Notes: generated by a model not told the origin, from the sequence alone. Positions 19,553 through 30,343 are shown, counted from the whole stretch's first letter. The stretch is DNA of 61,757 bases, filler included, from a bacterium (GCA_041690355.1; 3 parts of 3 records of this genome joined end to end with filler, not necessarily neighbours in it); one strand, 5' to 3'. A program made the numbers and translations.

Positions 19553-19588
19553 AGGGACGATCCCGGGCGGGATCGTCCCTTCTTTTTG
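19553..19588. terminator. Intrinsic terminator
   Basis: agggacgatcccg-gg-cgggatcgtccct hairpin plus T tract between convergent genes. Confidence 0.75.
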
Positions 19589-19596
19589 CGGAATGG

Positions 19597-20247
19597 CTAC
19601 GATCTCCGGCGCGCGATCACGGCCGCTTCAGGACCGAACCAGGCGGGCAGGCGCAGCGGGATCATGCCGTGCAGATAGGCCCAGCCCGACACGATCTCGA
19701 AGCCGTGCAGCTCGAGCAGCGCGCAGAGCTCGTGCAGGTGCAGCATGCCGACATGATGCTCCATGCGGTCGGGGATGGCGTAGAAAAGCTTGCGCACCCA
19801 GTTGTGATTCGGCGTCGTCAGATAGGCGGTGCCGCCGGGCCGCAGCACGCGGCGCAGCTCGTCGACCGCGCGTTCCTGATCTTCCCGCACGAGATGTTCG
19901 ATGACATCGGTCATCATGACGCCGTCGAACGATCCGGCCCCGAAGGGGAGCGGCTCGCCGGCGTTGCCGACCGAAAACTTCGCTTCGGGCAGGCGCGTGC
20001 GGGCGACCTCGACGGCATGCGCCGAGATGTCATGGCCGTAGAGCGACGCCTTGCCCCGGAAGCGCTCGAGCAGAAACCCGTAGGCGCAGCCGACGTCGAG
20101 CAGCGTCTCGCCCTGAAAGTGGGGCGCATACGCCTTCGCGAGGTTGTCGAAGTAGCGGGTGAAATCCTTGTAGCCTCCCGATATCTTGTAGAAGAAGGAG
20201 TCCTTGCCGCTGAAATAGTCTTCGGTGTAGATCTTTTCGTAATCCAT
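19597..20247 (-). CDS. Class I SAM-dependent methyltransferase
   Basis: LLDVGCAYG, LPF..GSFD, DVIEHL, RVLRPGG...LTTPN. Confidence 0.88.
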   Translation of the reverse strand: MDYEKIYTEDYFSGKDSFFYKISGGYKDFTRYFDNLAKAYAPHFQGETLLDVGCAYGFLLERFRGKASLYGHDISAHAVEVARTRLPEAKFSVGNAGEPLPFGAGSFDGVMMTDVIEHLVREDQERAVDELRRVLRPGGTAYLTTPNHNWVRKLFYAIPDRMEHHVGMLHLHELCALLELHGFEIVSGWAYLHGMIPLRLPAWFGPEAAVIARRRS

Positions 20248-20248
20248 C

Positions 20249-20896
20249 GTGCAGTCTCTCCAGCATATCGGCCCGGTGCCTTCGCGGCAAATCGTGCTGT
20301 CGGCCTTCGCCCATGCGTGCGTGTACGCCGCGGTGGCCCTGTCGGCCTGGCTGGCGGGGCACCGCGCGGCCCCCGACGCCTCGCTGGCCGCGATCGGCCT
20401 CATCGTGCTCGCCTGGGCGGCGCTGTCTGCCTGGGAAGAATTCCATCTGCCCGACCCCCGGCTCGAGCGCGTTGAAGATTCGCCCTGGCGCCGGCGCGGC
20501 GCCCTCGCCCTGCGCGCCGTGCCGGTCTGCGGGGCCGTGGATGCGCGCCTCGCGCCCGTCGGCCTGCTTGCGGCGGGCGTGCTCGCCGTCGCGGCCGGCG
20601 GTGGCCTGCGCGTCAGCGCCGTGGTCGCGCTCGGGCGCTACTTCACGGCGCGCACCGGCGTCGTCGCCGGCCACCGCGTCGTCCGCACGGGTCCCTACCG
20701 GTGGCTCCGGCATCCGCACTATGTGGGGAGCGTCCTGCTCGCCGCCGGTACCGCGCTGGCCGCCGGATCCGCACTCGCCTGGGCGCCGGCCGCGTTCACG
20801 GCGCTCGCCGCCTGGCTTGCCGCCCGGCATGAAGAGGCCTTCCTGCGCAGACACCTGCCGGGCTACGCCGATGCGCGGCCGGAGGAATCCTGGTGA
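20249..20896 (+). CDS. Isoprenylcysteine carboxyl methyltransferase (ICMT) family membrane protein; start uncertain
   Basis: LGRYFT, H.VVRTGPYRWLRHPHY.G, EEAFL motifs. Confidence 0.75.
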   Translation: MQSLQHIGPVPSRQIVLSAFAHACVYAAVALSAWLAGHRAAPDASLAAIGLIVLAWAALSAWEEFHLPDPRLERVEDSPWRRRGALALRAVPVCGAVDARLAPVGLLAAGVLAVAAGGGLRVSAVVALGRYFTARTGVVAGHRVVRTGPYRWLRHPHYVGSVLLAAGTALAAGSALAWAPAAFTALAAWLAARHEEAFLRRHLPGYADARPEESW

Positions 20897-21465
20897 CCTT
20901 GCCGAATGCTTCGCCGTCCGGCCCACCGACGGCCGATTGCTTCCCCTGCGGGGGGCTCTCGATAGCCGTCCTCGTGCGCGACGGCGCCGTCGCCGCCTCG
21001 GCGCTCGGCGTCGATGCCGAACGCACGGCGGCCGCCTGGCAGACCCGCTGGCCCGCCCTGCGAGCGGCGCCCCTTGCCGGCATACGCGAGGCCGTTGCGG
21101 CCTACTTCGGCGGCGACCCGTCGGCGCTGGGCGGCATTGCGCTATGGCCGCCCGAAGGGACCGCATTTCAGCAGACGATCTGGCGCCTACTGGCCGAGAT
21201 TCCGTTCGGCCGCCTCGCGACCTACGGCGAGCTGGCCGCCCGGGCGGGAAATCCCAAAGGGGCGCGCGCGGTGGGCCAGGCCCTGAACCGCAATCCGCTG
21301 CCGCTGTTTCTCCCCTGCCACCGCGTGCTCGGATCGGGCGGCACGATGACCGGTTTCGGCTGCGGGCTGCCCGTGAAGGAAACGCTGCTGCGGGTCGAGG
21401 GGTGGCAGATTGCCGGCGGGCGGCTGCTCAATGCCCGTGGCCGTGGCCGAACAGCCGCAGAATGA
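20893..21465 (+). CDS. ogt: Methylated-DNA--protein-cysteine methyltransferase
   Basis: GTAFQ, IPFG...TYGELA, ARAVG.A..RNP, active-site PCHRV. Confidence 0.9.
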   Translation: MTLPNASPSGPPTADCFPCGGLSIAVLVRDGAVAASALGVDAERTAAAWQTRWPALRAAPLAGIREAVAAYFGGDPSALGGIALWPPEGTAFQQTIWRLLAEIPFGRLATYGELAARAGNPKGARAVGQALNRNPLPLFLPCHRVLGSGGTMTGFGCGLPVKETLLRVEGWQIAGGRLLNARGRGRTAAE

Positions 21466-22171
21466 CGAAGAGGCCGATCCCGAGCAGGAAGGCGACAGTT
21501 ACGCCCGATCCTTCATGCTTGCCTTCGTGGGCCTGGTGCAGCATGTCGGCCACGCCCACGTAGACGAACGTGCCCCCGGCGAACGCCGTCAGGAGATAGG
21601 ACGTCGATTCCAGATCGATGGGCAGTTCTGCGAGCACGACCGTGGAGAGCAGCGTGCCGAGCGGGGTCGCGAAGGCCACCAGCGCCGTCAGCGCCAGAAT
21701 CCGCGGGGCGCTGTAGCCCATGGCGAGCAGGAGCGCAGCGGCCACGAGCCCCTCCGGCAGCTCGTGCAGGACGACCCCGAGCGTCACCGGAGTCAGCAGG
21801 CCCGCCGGGGTCGCGGCGGCCGAGGCGATGGCCAGGCCGTCGACCAGCGAGTGGATCAGCAATCCGAACCAGGCCATGACGGTCAGACCGCCCAGCTCCA
21901 GCTCCCGCTCGTGATGCACGTCGTGCGGCAGTACGTACCGTTCCAGCAGATACATCACGAGAAAACCGACGACGACCGCGAACGGCGCCGCCTCGTTGCG
22001 TTCGAACGCCTCGGGCAGAATGCTGAGAAACGAAAGGCCGGTCAGGACGCCGGCCGTGAACGCGAGCAGCAGCGCGCGGTTCGCCGTCGACCACTTGCGG
22101 GCGGTAAGCACGAGGGCGCCGCCGAACAGTGTAGCCAGAGCGGCGAGCAGACTGGATTGGAGTGCGGTCAT
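21428..22171 (-). CDS. ZIP-family divalent metal transporter
   Basis: Multiple TMs, H.L.DG, LHELPEG, His-rich loop HDVHHE, C-terminal HGHGH. Confidence 0.88.
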   Translation of the reverse strand: MTALQSSLLAALATLFGGALVLTARKWSTANRALLLAFTAGVLTGLSFLSILPEAFERNEAAPFAVVVGFLVMYLLERYVLPHDVHHERELELGGLTVMAWFGLLIHSLVDGLAIASAAATPAGLLTPVTLGVVLHELPEGLVAAALLLAMGYSAPRILALTALVAFATPLGTLLSTVVLAELPIDLESTSYLLTAFAGGTFVYVGVADMLHQAHEGKHEGSGVTVAFLLGIGLFVILRLFGHGHGH

Positions 22172-22285
22172 GGCGTAGAGAAAACCATTACCGTACCACA
22201 AATGGTATCGGCGACCAAGCGGCAGCCCCGCGGGACTGCACGCGTGGCGAGGAACCGCGCGTGCCGGTGCCGAAGCGCCGGAAGG

Positions 22286-22678
22286 TCAGCGGGCCGGAAC
22301 GAGCCCCTTCTTGTCGAGCACTTCCCTGACGATCTGCAGCAGCTCGTTCTGCTTGATCGGTTTCGTCAGAAAGTAGTCGCAGCCGGCGCGCTCGCACCGC
22401 TCGACGTCTTCTCTGGCCCCCTTCGAGGTGACCATGATGATCGTCGTTTCGGCGAGCTTTTCGTTGCTCTTCACGAATTTGCAGACGACGTCGCCGTTCA
22501 TTTCGGGCATCATCAGGTCGAGAAGCACGAGATCGGGGCGCTCGGTCTGAATCTTCTTCAACGCTTCGGTGCCGTTCTTGGCCTTGACGACGTCGCATCC
22601 CGTGCGGCGAAGAAGAATTTCTTCGAGCTTCAGGACGACTTCGAGATCATCGGCGATGAGAATCTTGCCTACACGCAT
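22286..22678 (-). CDS. Single-domain response regulator (receiver)
   Basis: ILIADD, LLDLMMPEMNG, MVTS, FLTKP. Confidence 0.9.
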   Translation of the reverse strand: MRVGKILIADDLEVVLKLEEILLRRTGCDVVKAKNGTEALKKIQTERPDLVLLDLMMPEMNGDVVCKFVKSNEKLAETTIIMVTSKGAREDVERCERAGCDYFLTKPIKQNELLQIVREVLDKKGLVPAR

Positions 22679-22696
22679 GCAGGGAACCGTCGAGTA

Positions 22697-23605
22697 TCAC
22701 CAGGCCGGCTGGATCGGCACAGGCGTGAAAATGAGGATGAATAGAACGACGCAGCACCATGCCAGCGCGCGCCGCCAGGGACCGAGCGGCTCGGGATCCA
22801 TCGGCGGATGCCGAACCCCGAGCCACCCCACCAGACCGGCCCACACGAACCAGCCCGGCCACCCCAGAAAGCCTAACACCAACAGCAGGGGAATGACAAG
22901 CTTGGGCAGTGCGCGAAAGCGCGCCCCCAGCAGCGCATAGGCCACGTGGCCGCCGTCGAGCTGCCCCACGGGCATGAGGTTGAGCACGGTGAGAAAGAGC
23001 CCGACCCAGCCGGCGAAAGCGACCGGATGCAGATCGACGCTCGCCGCCGGCGCATCGGCGACCAGCCCGACGACCCCCTGCACGAGCAGCGAATCGCCGA
23101 GAATCAGGTAAGGTCCGCCCAGCGCGCGCGCGAACCATTCGGCCGAACCGGTCTGCCACCAGTATACCGAGGCGTCCCAGAGCGAATAGGTTTCGAGGCG
23201 GCCCGCCAGCGGCAGCGCCTCAGACCACCGGGCCCCGAGGGCGAGCAGCGCGACCGAGACGACGAACCCGGCGAGCGGACCGGCGATGCCCACGTCAAAC
23301 AGTTCGGCCCGCGTCGGCCGGCGGGGAAACCGCATCTGAATGACGGCGCCGAAGGTGCCCACGATCGGCGGGCCCGGAATGAAGTACGGCCAGCTCGGAT
23401 TCAGCCCGTGCCGCCGGGCGACCACGAAGTGCCCCATCTCGTGCGTGCCCAGGGCGAGCAGAAGCGGCACGGCGAAAGTCCACCCGTTCGCGAAGAGTTC
23501 TCCGAACGTTTCGAACGCCTTGCCCGACATGACGGCGCCCGCATAGTGCGTCGTGAGCACGGTCAGCAGAAACAGGCCGATGTTGGTCCAGGGGATGCGT
23601 TTCAA
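22697..23605 (-). CDS. Site-2 protease (peptidase M50)
   Basis: HEMGH, AGPLAG, NLMPVGQLDGGH, multiple TMs. Confidence 0.9.
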   Translation of the reverse strand: MKRIPWTNIGLFLLTVLTTHYAGAVMSGKAFETFGELFANGWTFAVPLLLALGTHEMGHFVVARRHGLNPSWPYFIPGPPIVGTFGAVIQMRFPRRPTRAELFDVGIAGPLAGFVVSVALLALGARWSEALPLAGRLETYSLWDASVYWWQTGSAEWFARALGGPYLILGDSLLVQGVVGLVADAPAASVDLHPVAFAGWVGLFLTVLNLMPVGQLDGGHVAYALLGARFRALPKLVIPLLLVLGFLGWPGWFVWAGLVGWLGVRHPPMDPEPLGPWRRALAWCCVVLFILIFTPVPIQPAW

Positions 23606-25758
23606 ATGCGCGCCACCGAGATGACCCCTTTGACCTTCTCGACGGCGTGCATGACGTCGTGCAGCTGGCGGGTGTCGCGCACGGTGACCTCGAAGGTGCC
23701 GTAGGCCTTGTCGTCGCGGGTCGTGCGGATCTGGGCGGTGCGGATGTTAACCGAGGTCGCCGAGATGCTCTTCGAGATGTCGGCAAGAATGCCCGGCTTG
23801 TCGACGCAGAGCACGCGGATGCGCACCGGCCGGCCCGCGTTCACGGTCTCCTTGCCCGAGCCCCACTCTACCTCGATGCGCCGCTCCGGATCGGATTCGA
23901 GCGCCGTCGGGCATTTGCGGCTGTGTACGGTGACGCCGCGGCCGCGCGTGATGAAGCCGGTGATCTCGTCGCCCGGAATCGGGTTGCAGCAGCGGCCGAA
24001 GCGCACGAGCATGTCGTCGATTCCCTTGACCACGACCGGGCTCGACGTCTGCCGTCCGGTGACCTTCTTGACCAGCTTCTGAAAGGCGCTCTCTTCGGGG
24101 GGCTCCTTCTGCAGCTTGTCTTCGGGAACGATGCGCGCGAGAACACGCGAAACCGGTATCTTGCCGAAACCCACCGACGAGAAGAAGTCGTCGATCGTCT
24201 TGTGGCCGAACTGATCGGCGACGGCCTGCAGCGAATCGTCCTTGATCATGCGGCTCAAGCTGATCTCGTAGCGCTTGAGCTCCTTCTCGAGGAGATCGTG
24301 GCCGAGCTGGCGGCTGCGCTCCCGTTCGGCCTTGCGCACGTAGTAGCGGATCTTCTGCCGGGCATGGCTCGTGCGGGCGACCTTGAGCCAGTCTTTCGAA
24401 GGCTTGGCCGTCGTGCTCGTGAGGATCTCGATCGTGTCGCCGTTCTTGAGCTCGTAGCGCAGCGGCACAATCTTGCCGTTGACCTTGGCCCCCACGCAGT
24501 GATCACCCACCTCGGAGTGCACCTTGTAGGCGAAATCGATGGGGCTCGCGCCTTTGGGAAAACTCTTGACGTCGCCGTTCGGCGTGAAGACGTAGACCTC
24601 ATCGTCGAACAGATCGACCTTGACCGATTCGAGGAATTCGATCGGATCTTCGACGTTCTTGTGGAACTCGACGAGCTGGCGCAGCCACGCGAACTTGGAG
24701 CCATCGTTGGTTTCGAGATCGGCCCCCGATTCCTTGTACTGCCAGTGCGCCGCGACCCCGGTCTCGGCCACGCGGTGCATCTCTTCCGTACGAATCTGAA
24801 TCTCGACGCGCTGCCCGCCGGGGCCGATGACGGTCGTGTGCAGGCTCTGGTAGCCGTTGCCCTTGGGCATGGCGATGTAGTCCTTGAACCGCCCGGGCAC
24901 CGGTTTCCACAGCGAGTGGATGATGCCGAGCAGCTCGTAGCAGTCGCGCACCGTCTTCGTCACGATGCGAAAGGCAATCAGATCGTAGACCTGCTCGAAG
25001 GTGAGCCGGTAGCGCTCCATCTTCTGGTAGATGGAGTAGAAGTGCTTCGGCCGTCCGGTGATTTCGCCTTCGATCTTGTGGGCCTCGAGGGCGCGGCGCA
25101 GGATGTTGACGACATCCTCGATGTACTTCTCGCGCTCCTTCTTCTTGGTCGCGACCTTTTCCTTGAGCTCCTGAAAGGATTCGGACTTCGTGTACTTGAG
25201 CCCGAGGTCCTCGAGTTCGCTCTTGAGGATGTTGATGCCGAGGCGGTTGGCCAGCGGGGCGTAGATGTCGATGGTTTCCTGTGCGATGATGCGCTGCTTC
25301 TCGGGCGCCAGGTATTCGAGCGTGCGCATGTTGTGCAGGCGGTCGCACAGCTTCACGATGATGACGCGGATGTCTTCGGACATCGCGAGCAGCATCTTGC
25401 GGAAGTTTTCGGCCTGGTTTTCGGTCTTGCTGCGGAACTCGACCTTCGAGAGCTTCGTGACCCCCTCGACGAGCTGCGCGACCGACTGGCCGAACATCTG
25501 CTCGATCTCTTCCTGGGTCGCGTAGGTGTCTTCGACGGTGTCGTGAAGCAGCCCGGTGACCACCGAGTCGGTGTCCATCCGCAGGTCGGCCAGCAGGGCC
25601 GCCACGCCGAGCGGATGCGTCAGATAGGGCTCGCCCGAAAGGCGGGTCTGCCCCTGATGGACTTTGGCGGAAAAGACGTAGGCCCGTCGGATCTGCTCGA
25701 CATCGGCTTGCGGGTTGTAGCTCGTCACCCGATCAATGATGTCATCCAGCCGAATCAT
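23602..25758 (-). CDS. spoT: Bifunctional (p)ppGpp synthetase/hydrolase (long RSH)
   Basis: Intact HD motif LLHDTVEDT, RFKD synthetase motif, YQSLHT, TGS domain, CC.P.PGD, C-terminal ACT. Follows rpoZ. Alternative GTG start at 25773. Confidence 0.95.
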   Translation of the reverse strand: MIRLDDIIDRVTSYNPQADVEQIRRAYVFSAKVHQGQTRLSGEPYLTHPLGVAALLADLRMDTDSVVTGLLHDTVEDTYATQEEIEQMFGQSVAQLVEGVTKLSKVEFRSKTENQAENFRKMLLAMSEDIRVIIVKLCDRLHNMRTLEYLAPEKQRIIAQETIDIYAPLANRLGINILKSELEDLGLKYTKSESFQELKEKVATKKKEREKYIEDVVNILRRALEAHKIEGEITGRPKHFYSIYQKMERYRLTFEQVYDLIAFRIVTKTVRDCYELLGIIHSLWKPVPGRFKDYIAMPKGNGYQSLHTTVIGPGGQRVEIQIRTEEMHRVAETGVAAHWQYKESGADLETNDGSKFAWLRQLVEFHKNVEDPIEFLESVKVDLFDDEVYVFTPNGDVKSFPKGASPIDFAYKVHSEVGDHCVGAKVNGKIVPLRYELKNGDTIEILTSTTAKPSKDWLKVARTSHARQKIRYYVRKAERERSRQLGHDLLEKELKRYEISLSRMIKDDSLQAVADQFGHKTIDDFFSSVGFGKIPVSRVLARIVPEDKLQKEPPEESAFQKLVKKVTGRQTSSPVVVKGIDDMLVRFGRCCNPIPGDEITGFITRGRGVTVHSRKCPTALESDPERRIEVEWGSGKETVNAGRPVRIRVLCVDKPGILADISKSISATSVNIRTAQIRTTRDDKAYGTFEVTVRDTRQLHDVMHAVEKVKGVISVARI

Positions 25759-25850
25759 AGCCTGTACGCTCACGGCCGCGCGGGCTTACGCCGCGGTTCC
25801 GCGGCCGGAACCTGAACTCTCCTGAAATACGAAGGGGAGACCGACGCCCG

Positions 25851-26060
25851 TTACGAACGGTCGGGCTGCTGATCCGGCAATTCAATCAGAATCTTGCGGG
25901 CGGCAATCTCGCGCAGCGAGGTCACGATCGGCTTGTTCGTGGATTTCACGAGCGGGCGCGAGCCCTTCAGGATCTGCCGCGACCGGCGGCTGGAAACCAG
26001 AACCAGGGCGAAACGGTTATTCACGTTCCGCATGCAGTCTTCGACGGTGATACGAGCCAT
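25851..26060 (-). CDS. rpoZ: RNA polymerase omega subunit
   Basis: MARITVEDC...NRF.LVL...R.RQ...G, K..V..LREIA. Confidence 0.95.
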   Translation of the reverse strand: MARITVEDCMRNVNNRFALVLVSSRRSRQILKGSRPLVKSTNKPIVTSLREIAARKILIELPDQQPDRS

Positions 26061-26193
26061 GGTACTCCCGTAATTTGGATAACTTATAGAATATCAGCAC
26101 GGGTGCGCCGGTGCAATGCGGTCTGCCCGGCCGTTCCGGCCCCGCTCCCCTCCCCGCTCGCCCCCGGGTTCACCCCGGATGGCGTCCGGGCGG

Positions 26194-27345
26194 CTACTCG
26201 GCGCAGGTCCGGGGTGCCATCGCGGCGATCCACTCGCGCACCAGGGCGACCCCCTCTTCGTGGGCGACCGAGCGCCCGAGCTCGGGCATCATGATCCCCG
26301 GATCGTTCGATTCCATGCGGAACACCAGAATCGAAGCGTCGGGGTCTCCCGGAACGATGTCATAGTGCAGGCCTCCCGAGCCGCGCCCCGCCGCCACCGG
26401 CGTCTTGCAGATGCCGTAGCTCGTCTGCTGATCGACGGTGCGCTCGGTCACGGGCGTCGGACTCCACTCGAGCATGAGCCCAGAAGTGCGCGCCGGGCCG
26501 CGCGGGTTGTGGCAGTGGGCGCAGTTGATGTCGAGGTAGGCCCGGACCCGTTCCTCCACATCGGCCGCCGTGTCGAAGGCGTCGAGCGCCGGCGGCGTAT
26601 CGGTGACACCCGAAAGGTAACCGGCCTGCACCCAACGGTCGATCTGATTGGCGACGGCGCCGCCGAAGTCGGCCTCTGCGTTCAGGAAGCGCGCCTTGGG
26701 GCCGATGGGACCCATGTGGCCGGTCGCTTCGTGGCACCCCTTGCACTGGTTTCCGTTCGGGACGAGGTAGTCGATGTCGACCGTGCTGCCGTCGCCGTAC
26801 TCGAGCGTCACGGGCACGCTGAGCCCCGCCGGATCGTAATAGGCCTCGGTCTGCTCGTCGTTCCAGACGTACGGCAGGCCCCGCCAGCCTTCGGGGTAAT
26901 GAACGAGAAGACGCGTTTCGATCACGTGCACCCCCTCATCGGGAGCGGCATAATTCAGGGGATAGGCAAAGGTCTTCAGCAGGACCGTGCCGACCGGAAA
27001 CGTGAAGGTGGCGTCGGTCGAGAACGACGCGGCCTCGCCCTCGGGCATCCAGACGGCGCGGAACTTGTGGGCGTAATCCGTGAACAGCGGCGTGCTCATG
27101 TCATAGGGAACGACGCCGTCGGCATGCGTCACCACGCCGTCCTGCAGACTCATGAAGTGGTAGCTCGAAAGCTTCGCGCAGGGTTCCTGCGCGAGATCGA
27201 GCCCCGGCGCGTCGGACGTCACCATGCAGTGTTCCGCGGCCAAGTCGCCCACTGGCTCCGGCGCCGGGGGCTCTCCCGCGCACGCCATCAGACCCACGGC
27301 CAGCAGCGCCGGCCATCCCCACATGCTCCGCATGGCCCCTCTCAT
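26194..27345 (-). CDS. SO2930-like diheme c-type cytochrome lipoprotein
   Basis: Two CxxCH (CKGCH, CAHCH), PLFTDYA.K.R, FPVGT...KTF, IETRLL, MPELGR. Lipobox LMAC. Coupled to the upstream beta-helix gene. Confidence 0.85.
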   Translation of the reverse strand: MRGAMRSMWGWPALLAVGLMACAGEPPAPEPVGDLAAEHCMVTSDAPGLDLAQEPCAKLSSYHFMSLQDGVVTHADGVVPYDMSTPLFTDYAHKFRAVWMPEGEAASFSTDATFTFPVGTVLLKTFAYPLNYAAPDEGVHVIETRLLVHYPEGWRGLPYVWNDEQTEAYYDPAGLSVPVTLEYGDGSTVDIDYLVPNGNQCKGCHEATGHMGPIGPKARFLNAEADFGGAVANQIDRWVQAGYLSGVTDTPPALDAFDTAADVEERVRAYLDINCAHCHNPRGPARTSGLMLEWSPTPVTERTVDQQTSYGICKTPVAAGRGSGGLHYDIVPGDPDASILVFRMESNDPGIMMPELGRSVAHEEGVALVREWIAAMAPRTCAE

Positions 27346-28390
27346 TCCCCCGGAATCGTGACCGCGTCCAGCCGCGGGTGGGTACAGTCGAAGGCCTTGA
27401 TGTCGTCGATGAGCGTCCCGAAATCGAGCCCTTCGGCTTCAAGGCTCACCATGTCGGCGTCGCCGTTGTCACGCACGCAGATGCGCGCCGCGTCTGGCAG
27501 GACGCCGCCGTGGGCGGGATTCTTGTTGCCGTCCCAGACGATGTCGGGGAACGTCTGTACGCGCAGTTCGGCCATGATGCCGAGCACGTTGATGTTCTCC
27601 TTGTCGGGATTCTGCCCGCCGCCGACGAACGAGTTGCCGTGAACGGAAATCGTTTCGGGATAAGGATAATATTTCGGCGACTCTTCGGTGATCTTCGAGT
27701 TGAAGATCACATAGCTGGCGATGATGAAGTTCGCCGAGTCGTTGTCCTTGAAGGTGTTGTCGAAGATTTCGATGAGTGAGTTCGAGAGCAGCATGAACCC
27801 GGTGCCGGTCGGCACCTCGCCCACGATGTTGCCCTCAGGGGCGAAGTTCTTCGTGTTGTTGTTCTCCGACACGTTGTTGTAGACGCGGATGTTCGCGCCG
27901 TTGGGCACCTGCAGGCCGGGCAGCGAGAAAACCAGCAGGCCGCCCGTGTTGTTGCGGGCCACGTTGTCGAAGACATCGGCGCCGATGGAGTTTTCGATCT
28001 CGATGCCGGCCACGTTGTACTCGGCGCGGCTGTTCTTGACGATGATGTTGTGCGACTGCCCGACGTAGATACCGGCGTCCGAGGCGCCGATGGCGACCGA
28101 GCCGTCGATGACCACGTTCGTACACTGGACGGGATAGAGGCCGTAAGCGCCGTTTTCGGGATCGGGACCGTTCGTCCACTCCACGCGCACGCGGCGAAAC
28201 GCCACGTTGGTGCTCCCTTCGACCTTGATGGAGTCGCCGACGGTATCTTCAACTGCCAGGTCTTCGATCGTGAAGTCGTCGGCCGTCACGAGAATCCCCT
28301 CGCTGCCCGACGTCTGGTTCTTGAAGGTGAGGATGGATTTGTCCATCCCCGCCCCGCGAATCGTCACCCCGTCGACGTCGAGCGAGAGCG
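27342..28390 (-). CDS. Parallel beta-helix repeat protein, 5'-truncated at contig end
   Basis: NGAYGLYPV, GASDAGIYVGQS, NVAGIEIENS, NNTGG. The N-terminus appears to lie at 61497-61731. Confidence 0.85.
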
Positions 28391-28453
28391 CCGCATCGCC
28401 GCGGTCGACGGCGACGCTGGTGGCCCGCAGGCGGTAGTCGCCCGCGGAGGGGT

Positions 28454-28553
28454 NNNNNNNNNNNNNNNNNNNNNNNNNNNNNNNNNNNNNNNNNNNNTTA
28501 ATTAATTAANNNNNNNNNNNNNNNNNNNNNNNNNNNNNNNNNNNNNNNNNNNN
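28454..28553. other. Artificial contig linker
   Basis: N-run, TTAATTAATTAA (stops in all six frames), N-run; 100 bp. Confidence 0.97.
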
Positions 28554-29667
28554 GCTTGCGGGGATCCTGCGGCCCGCCGGGGCCCCGCTGCGGGCCGACG
28601 ACACCCCCATCGCCGTGTTTCCCGACGGCGTCTACTACGCCATCGAGTCGTTTCCCGGCCGGTTCCGCGACGAGGCAGATCGGATTGTGGCCGTGGGCGC
28701 GCCGGGCGAACCCGAGGCTTCGTGGGCGCTGCTCCCCCAGACCGAGTCCACCGCCGCCTGCGCGGGCGCGGGGCGGCGCTGGGACGGCGCCGCCTATCTG
28801 GCCCGCGACACCGTGCGCTGCCTGGGGCTGCAAGAGCCGGAGGGGCTGCCGCTCATCGTGAGCCGGCCCGATTTTCTGCTGGACTTCGTGGCGCCGCCGG
28901 GCGACCGGCTGCGGGTGGTCATCGACGCGGGGCACGGGGGGCATGACGGGGGCGCCCGGTCGCACGGCGGCGCGGCCGAAAAGGACATCACGCTCTCGCT
29001 CGCGCGCCTGTTCGTCGAGCGGCTCGCGCGGCAGCCGGGTTTCGAGGTCTATCTGACGCGGACCGAAGACGAGTACCTGACGCTCGCCCAGCGGGCTGCC
29101 GTCGCCAACCGCGTGCAGGCCGATCTCTTCGTGAGCATCCACTGCAACTCGGGCCGGCGCGAGGCGGCGCAGGGGGTCGAGGTCTTCATCGCCGGCCAGA
29201 CCGCCGACGATCGCGAGGCCGCGCTGCTGGCCGCGACCGAGAACGCCGCGGCGGCCGACGCGCCCATCGCGCGCAGCGACACCGAGGCGGTGCTCGCCGA
29301 CCTGGCCGTGGCCGATCAGCTGCAGCACAGCGCGAAGGCGGCCGGCGCGGTGCTGCGCACGGTGACCGAAGCGCTCGGCGCCGAGAGCCGGGGCGTCAAA
29401 CGCGCCCCCTTCTGGGTGCTGCTCGGGTCGAACATGCCGAGCATGCTCATCGAAACCGGATTTCTCACCAATGCGGCCGAGGCCGAACTCCTGCAGGACG
29501 ACGCCTATCGCGCCCGCATGGCCCAGGCCTTTGCCGACGCCATGGCCGGCGTGCGCGAGTCGCTGCTACATCGAAGGGTACGAAAGCAACATGGTTCCTA
29601 CGTCAACTCGGGTCCCGGGGGCCCTGCGCCCGCTGCGGCTCACGGCGAACTGGCTGCGCCACGCTGA
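28554..29667 (+). CDS. N-acetylmuramoyl-L-alanine amidase (Amidase_3), 5'-partial
   Basis: [22 protein letters not shown]...AN...[18 protein letters not shown]. Confidence 0.9.
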
Positions 29668-30343
29668 GGCGAGCTGCCTGATCGAAATCGGCAACACGCG
29701 CGTCATCGCCGCGGCCACGCTCGACACCGGCGTGCCCCCCTTTCTGCGCGGCACGGGGCGCGGCTGGATCACGGCCGAATACGGCATGCTGCCGCGCAGC
29801 TCGCCCGAGCGCATCCAGCGCGAGGCCGCCAGGGGAAAACAGACGGGACGCACGGTCGAGATTCAGCGCCTCATCGGCCGCGCCCTGCGCATGGCGGTCG
29901 ATCTGGAAAAGCTGGGCGAATGCACGATCACGATCGACTGCGACGTGCTCGACGCCGACGGCGGCACGCGCACGGCGTCGGTCACGGCCGGCTACGTGGC
30001 GCTGCACCTGGCGGTCGCCAACGCGATGGCGAAGGGAACGCTGACGGTCAACCCGCTCCTCGACGAGGTCGCGGCCGTGAGCGTCGGCATCGTCGGCGGG
30101 CAGCCGCAGCTCGATCTCGATTACGCCTGGGACAGCACGGCCGACGTCGACATGAACGTCATCATGACGGGGTCGGGCAAGCTCATCGAGATCCAGGGGA
30201 CGGCCGAGCACGCGCCCTTCAGCGAAGGCGAGCTGGCCGCGCTGCTCGCGCTCGCGAAGAAAGGCTGCGGCGAGCTGGTCGCGGCGCAGCGGGCGTGCCT
30301 GGCGCAGGCCCTGGGAGAACCGGGTTCTCCGAGGGGCGCATGA
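29591..30343 (+). CDS. rph: Ribonuclease PH
   Basis: [48 protein letters not shown]. Confidence 0.97.
   Translation: MVPTSTRVPGALRPLRLTANWLRHAEASCLIEIGNTRVIAAATLDTGVPPFLRGTGRGWITAEYGMLPRSSPERIQREAARGKQTGRTVEIQRLIGRALRMAVDLEKLGECTITIDCDVLDADGGTRTASVTAGYVALHLAVANAMAKGTLTVNPLLDEVAAVSVGIVGGQPQLDLDYAWDSTADVDMNVIMTGSGKLIEIQGTAEHAPFSEGELAALLALAKKGCGELVAAQRACLAQALGEPGSPRGA

Noticed and set aside
20245-20251. Head-to-head methyltransferase genes with starts 1 bp apart
   Set aside because: The ICMT start is only the longest-ORF GTG; the real start is probably downstream.
28498-28509. TTAATTAATTAA as a biological palindrome or att site (also 55933-55944)
   Set aside because: Centred in identical 100-bp N-padded blocks; it is a six-frame-stop contig linker.
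29591-29667. 77-bp amidase/rph overlap and 38-bp ogt/ZIP convergent overlap as functional overprinting
   Set aside because: The overlapping tails are low-information extensions typical of stop-codon drift in high-GC genomes.
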